From assembly GCA_965199955.1 (NCBI GenBank), contig CBDATQ010000003.1, positions 32,001-96,000 on the forward strand: a stretch of 64,000 bases of DNA, read 5' to 3'. The stretch's first letter is position 1, and each line of letters begins with the position of its first letter. A program made the position numbers and the translations under genes. The stretch comes from Spirochaetia bacterium (lineage in GTDB: Bacteria > Spirochaetota > Spirochaetia > SZUA-6 > Bin103). Under the pieces are notes generated by a model, which saw only the letters and a program-made list of their open reading frames with translations, made no database searches and was not told the DNA's origin. Shown in pieces: positions 59,803 through 64,000 of this stretch.

Positions 59803-60581
59803 GCCGGCCCGCCGTGGCCGGGGCCCGGCTGTTCCCGCGGCTGCGATACCTGCTGATAGTGTCGTGGATGGGCTGCGCGGCCGCGGCCGGCGCGGACGGC
59901 GGCTCCGTCGTCGCGTCGACCGAGTGGACGGCCGCCTTCGCGCGCGCGGCCGGCATCTCGGAAGTGACAGTACTGGCACCGGCCGCTTCGCGCCATCCGG
60001 CCGAGTACCAGTTGCGGCCGTCGGACCTGCGCGCCGTCGCCGCCGCGGACGCGCTGATCTTCGCCGGTTACGAGGCGATGGCCACACGCATGCAGGAGCT
60101 GGCCCCTAAAGACGCGACGGTGCTGCGCATCGACACCGACTATTCGCTGGCGACCCTCCGCCGATCGCTTGCGGCGCTGCAGCCGGCCGGCGGCACCACG
60201 GAAGCCGCGGCGACAAGCCTGCGCGCGATTGCGGAGGAGTACGCGGCGTGGCGAGCCGAGCTGGCGGCGCGCGGCCTGGCCGGGGCGCCGGCCCTAGTTC
60301 ACCGGTTCCAGGAGCCGCTGGCGCGTGAGTTGGGCTTCGAGGTAGTGGCGACGTTCGGCCCACTGCCGCCCCAGGCGGCCGCGCTCGCCTCCCTGGCCGA
60401 GGCGGAGGTGGCGCTCATCATCGACAACCATCACAACGCGGTCGCCGTCCCGCTCGCGGAGATGCACGCACCTGCGCCGGTGGCGGCGTTCCTGAACTTC
60501 CCCGGCGCCGCCGGCACCGCGACCCTGCTGGACGTGGTCCGCCACAACCGCCGCTTGCTGACGGGTGTGCTGGACGAGTGA
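59799..60581 (+). CDS. Metal ABC transporter substrate-binding protein (ZnuA/TroA-like)
   Basis: VVAST.W, HPAEYQLRPSD, AGYE, DNHHN; operon context. Confidence 0.75.
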   Translation: MSRPAVAGARLFPRLRYLLIVSWMGCAAAAGADGGSVVASTEWTAAFARAAGISEVTVLAPAASRHPAEYQLRPSDLRAVAAADALIFAGYEAMATRMQELAPKDATVLRIDTDYSLATLRRSLAALQPAGGTTEAAATSLRAIAEEYAAWRAELAARGLAGAPALVHRFQEPLARELGFEVVATFGPLPPQAAALASLAEAEVALIIDNHHNAVAVPLAEMHAPAPVAAFLNFPGAAGTATLLDVVRHNRRLLTGVLDE

Positions 60582-60828
60582 TCCGCGGACACGGCTCTCT
60601 GCTGAATTCAGGATTCGAGGCAGCGCACCCGTCAGCGCCCGCGAACGTCAGACGAGTTACGCCTCCCCGCGCGTATGTCGATTGCCTGGACCGAGCAGAG
60701 CTCGCGCCAGTGCTACGACAGTTGGTTGAGTCGGATTACATCGCTGGCGTGGATCGTTCACGACGATAAGACAGCGACTCAAGAACCGGAGGACGACTGC
60801 CGATCGGACGGTGTCGTCGAACGTCGGC

Positions 60829-62259
60829 CTATACTCGCCCGCAGATCTGAAAGGCGTACAGGCTGGCCTCGCTCAGGTAGAACTTCAGGCGGATCGTCCG
60901 GCCGCGCAGGGCCGAGAGGCCGCCGCCGTTCCACCTCACCGAATGCGCCAGCGCGTCACCCGAGAACGCGGCGCACTCGCCGCGGCCGAAGCCGTCGACC
61001 ACCTCACCGCGTTCGGTGAGCACCTCGACCTGGATCCGGCCGTTTGCGGCGCAGGCGTTGATCTGCAGCTCGTCCCCCTCGCATGCGAACGCCCGCGTCA
61101 CCAGCGCTCCCTCGCCCTGCCGTACCGGCGTGCGCGCGATGAACCGGTCGCGCTTGAGCGTCGCCAGCCCCACCGCGCTCTCCTGCGCGCCCGTGTCGTT
61201 GTGCAGGACGTTGTGGCCGGTGTAGTAGAACCACAGCTCGTCGCCGACGGTGACGGGCGGCAGCGGAAAGAGCATGCCGCAGTCGAACTCCCGCGCCTGG
61301 CCGTGCTCGATGCCGCGCTCGATGAAGGTCTGCCGCGTCGGCAGCCGGTCCCAGCGCTTCCCGTCGCGGCTGAAGGCGAGCTGCGAATCGATGGCCATGG
61401 AGGTGTCCGAGTAGTACATCTGCAGCAGCCCCAAGTAGAGGCCCTCGTACGGAAAGACCGGCATGCCGTACACCTCGACCGGGTCCAGCTCGTCCGGGGT
61501 GACCACCGTCTCGGGAAATCCCCAGCTCAGCAGGTCCGGGCTCTCCGAACGCGCGACCCGCCGCTTCCAGCGCCCGGCGTACACCGGCGGCCGCATGTAC
61601 AGGACATAGCGCTCGAGCCGCTCGTCCCGGAACACGGTGTTCATGGTGTCGGACTCGCCGTCGATCACGGGGTTGTCCGGGTGCGGCGTCCAGCGGATGC
61701 CGTCCGGCGAGTAGGCGATGCACACGCCAGCACGCAGCTCGCCCGCTCTGTGCTGCGCGACCAGCTTCTCCGGCGCCTTGACCCCGAAGATGTCCGTGTA
61801 GAGAAGCTTGTAGCGACGCGCCGGATCGGGTTCGTGATCCTCCTTCAGCACGGTCCCGCAGGTGGCCCACCACTCGCCGGTCAGGACCACGTTGTTGGCC
61901 GTCGATCCGTCGTACTCGAACCTGCCCACGTTCGGCTTCTCCCACACGATGCCGTCCCGCGATGTGGCGTAGCCGATCCAGTAGGTGTAGGTGCAGTCCT
62001 CGGGGCTGTTCCAGTGGACGAAGTGCGAGGAGTTGTACCAGAGCTTGAACAGCCCCTCGTCGCGGTCGTACATCACGGAGTTGCCGTGCAGCCCCTTGTT
62101 GCTCTGTCCCGGCTGCCGGCTGTGCTCCCACGGCTGGTCGGCAACCAGCAGCGGGTTGGCGTGGTGCTTGGCCGGCCGGGTGACCACCCGCTTCAGGTTC
62201 CACGTATCCTCGACCACGAAATCGTCGACCAGAAGCTGCTTGCGCGTGCCGATGTCCAT
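60829..62259 (-). CDS. Putative glycoside-hydrolase-like beta-propeller protein (GH32/GH43-like fold)
   Basis: KQLLVDD, YATSRDGIVWEKP, YSPDGIRW, FSRDGKRW Asp-box-like motifs, LWFYYTG; ATG at 62259. Confidence 0.7.
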   Translation of the reverse strand: MDIGTRKQLLVDDFVVEDTWNLKRVVTRPAKHHANPLLVADQPWEHSRQPGQSNKGLHGNSVMYDRDEGLFKLWYNSSHFVHWNSPEDCTYTYWIGYATSRDGIVWEKPNVGRFEYDGSTANNVVLTGEWWATCGTVLKEDHEPDPARRYKLLYTDIFGVKAPEKLVAQHRAGELRAGVCIAYSPDGIRWTPHPDNPVIDGESDTMNTVFRDERLERYVLYMRPPVYAGRWKRRVARSESPDLLSWGFPETVVTPDELDPVEVYGMPVFPYEGLYLGLLQMYYSDTSMAIDSQLAFSRDGKRWDRLPTRQTFIERGIEHGQAREFDCGMLFPLPPVTVGDELWFYYTGHNVLHNDTGAQESAVGLATLKRDRFIARTPVRQGEGALVTRAFACEGDELQINACAANGRIQVEVLTERGEVVDGFGRGECAAFSGDALAHSVRWNGGGLSALRGRTIRLKFYLSEASLYAFQICGRV

Positions 62260-62305
62260 GAACGGGGACTGTAGGAGCCCGCCCACGCACCGGCAAGCGT
62301 CGCCG

Positions 62306-62668
62306 TCAGCCGGCCGCGCCGGTCTGCAGGATCTCGACGCGGTTGCCGAATGGATCGTCGGTGAAGAAGCGCGTGCTTCCGGGGAGGGCTGAGTCCCAGC
62401 GCACCGCGAAACCCGCCTCCCGCAGCCGTTCCGCAACCGCGGCCGCATCCCGGACGCGAAACGCGGGGTGCGCCTTCGTCGCGGGCGAGAAGTCCTCCGC
62501 TACCCCCAGATGGAGTTGCAGGTCGCCGATCGCGTACCAGACGCCCCCGCGCGCGGCCAGCGGAGCCGGCTTGGCAATCTCCGGCAGCCCCAGCGCCGCG
62601 CCGTAGAACGCTCGCGCGGCACCTTCCCGGCCCGCGGGCATCGCTACCTGCACGTGGTCGAGCAGCAC
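62306..62668 (-). CDS. VOC/glyoxalase family protein
   Basis: LDHVQVAMP, FYG..LGL, LHLG, KAHPAF, DPFGNRVE. Confidence 0.9.
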   Translation of the reverse strand: MLLDHVQVAMPAGREGAARAFYGAALGLPEIAKPAPLAARGGVWYAIGDLQLHLGVAEDFSPATKAHPAFRVRDAAAVAERLREAGFAVRWDSALPGSTRFFTDDPFGNRVEILQTGAAG

Positions 62669-62720
62669 AGCGGATACTGTCTCACACCTCCCAGGCACGG
62701 AAGAAGCAGGGGCCTGCAGG

Positions 62721-64000
62721 TCAGACAATCCGCGTCCGTGACCGGTCGGCCGGAGAGCGGGCCATGGCATCGGTGATCCGCGCTCCTGCGGGCGCGTCCA
62801 CGCTGCCGGCGAGCAACGGGTCGCCGGTGGCTTCCATCCACCGATCGAGACGGCGGCGCAGGTCGTCCGCGACCCGTCGCGCGTCGCGGTGCGCGACGAT
62901 GTTGTTCTGTTCGGTGGGGTCGAACATCAGGTCGTAGAGCATTTCGCGCTCGCGCGGAAGAGCGTCCCATCCGTGGGAGATCATCTCCTCCTTGCTCGGG
63001 CCGTCATCGGCGTTGCTCAGCACTTCGCGGCCGTATTCGTCGTAGCGGCGGATGTACTTGTAACGCGCGGTGCGCACGCAGCGCGCCGGCTCGTACGCCG
63101 CGTGGTAGTTGATCTCGGCGTGGATCTCGGCGTGCAGGGTGTCGACCTCGCCGCGGACCAGCGGCTGCAGCGGCGTGCCCTCCACGACGTCCGGGATGTC
63201 GATGCCCGCCGCCGCGTACGCAGTCGGCACCAGGTCGATCAGACTCACCATGGCGTCGATCACCCGTCCGCCTCGGAACCCGCCGGGGCCGCGGGCGACC
63301 AGGAAAACACCGATCCCTTGGTCGGTGAGGTTGCACATGTTGCGCGGGAACTGGAGCCCGTGGTCGGTGAAGCAGATCACCAGCGTGTCGTCCGCCAGCC
63401 CGGCGTCATCCAGCGCGCGCAGCACGCGAGCGAACGCGGCGTCCATCACGCGCGCGGCCGCCTTGAAGTCCGCGGTGTCGCGGCGCGTCGCGGGCGTGTC
63501 CGGCAGCGGCGCCGGCGGGCTGCATAAGCGCTCGTCCTCCGCCGGGTGATGCGCCGGATCCGCCGGCGGGAACGGCCTGTGCGTCTCGTTCAAGCCGACC
63601 GAAATGAAGAACGGCTTGGGGTGTCTGCCGCGGATGAACGCGGCGGCCGCATCGGCGGCGTCGGCCGTTTCGGTCTCCGGGTAGTTCGTGTCGTGGTCGC
63701 AGACCACCTCGTCGTAGCCCACCACAGCGAGGTCCGGCGCGGTGTGCTCGACGCCCGAAAGGACGGTGTGGTAGCCGGCCCGCTTCATCCCCTGCACGAG
63801 GTGGCGCGAGTAGTCGGGCATGCCGAACCCGCGATGGGCCAGGCCGAGCTGGCCGCAGGAGTGGGGATACATGCCGGTCAGGAAGCTCGCCCGGCTGGGC
63901 GAGCAGGTGGGCGCGGCGGCGAACGCCTGCCGGAACAGCACCCCCTGCCCCGCCAGCCGCTGCAGGTGCGGCGTCGGCACCGCGTGCCCGTACGGCTGCA
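62721..64000 (-). CDS. Sulfatase (5' end beyond window)
   Basis: PTCSPSRAS (CxPxR), HRPF, TDHG, LYDL..DPTE. Confidence 0.93.
   Translation of the reverse strand, partial: QPYGHAVPTPHLQRLAGQGVLFRQAFAAAPTCSPSRASFLTGMYPHSCGQLGLAHRGFGMPDYSRHLVQGMKRAGYHTVLSGVEHTAPDLAVVGYDEVVCDHDTNYPETETADAADAAAAFIRGRHPKPFFISVGLNETHRPFPPADPAHHPAEDERLCSPPAPLPDTPATRRDTADFKAAARVMDAAFARVLRALDDAGLADDTLVICFTDHGLQFPRNMCNLTDQGIGVFLVARGPGGFRGGRVIDAMVSLIDLVPTAYAAAGIDIPDVVEGTPLQPLVRGEVDTLHAEIHAEINYHAAYEPARCVRTARYKYIRRYDEYGREVLSNADDGPSKEEMISHGWDALPREREMLYDLMFDPTEQNNIVAHRDARRVADDLRRRLDRWMEATGDPLLAGSVDAPAGARITDAMARSPADRSRTRIV

Overview
High-GC bacterial chromosomal window; the rpoN-hprK-HPr-lexA-holA gene order suggests a Spirochaetota member (inference, not verified). 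It is a mosaic of housekeeping genes (rpoN end, hprK, ptsH, lexA, holA, uvrC, tRNA-Ala(CGC), nagZ-like, dcd, gltA, phoB/phoR-like, htpG, trpS, hemB, thyX) and accessory genes: a fused GmrSD-type type IV restriction gene, a VapBC module, a glycan-type locus around a Dpp/Opp ABC importer, an ABC exporter pair, a MORN-repeat protein, an M16 peptidase and a sulfatase. No CRISPR array, integrase or transposase was seen. Main observations: (1) three genes whose conserved N-terminus has no ATG/GTG/TTG but a near-cognate codon (ATC, ATA, ACG) exactly 5 nt after a GGAGGT inside the upstream gene's 3' end; (2) five 'hollowed-out' gene remnants that keep a start and a stop but lack the middle; (3) two fusions, Nudix-ThyX and amidohydrolase-class III aminotransferase; (4) a diverged 61-bp tandem duplication at the convergent holA/uvrC junction; (5) many candidate leaderless promoters. 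All product calls come from motif recognition by eye; no searches were run.
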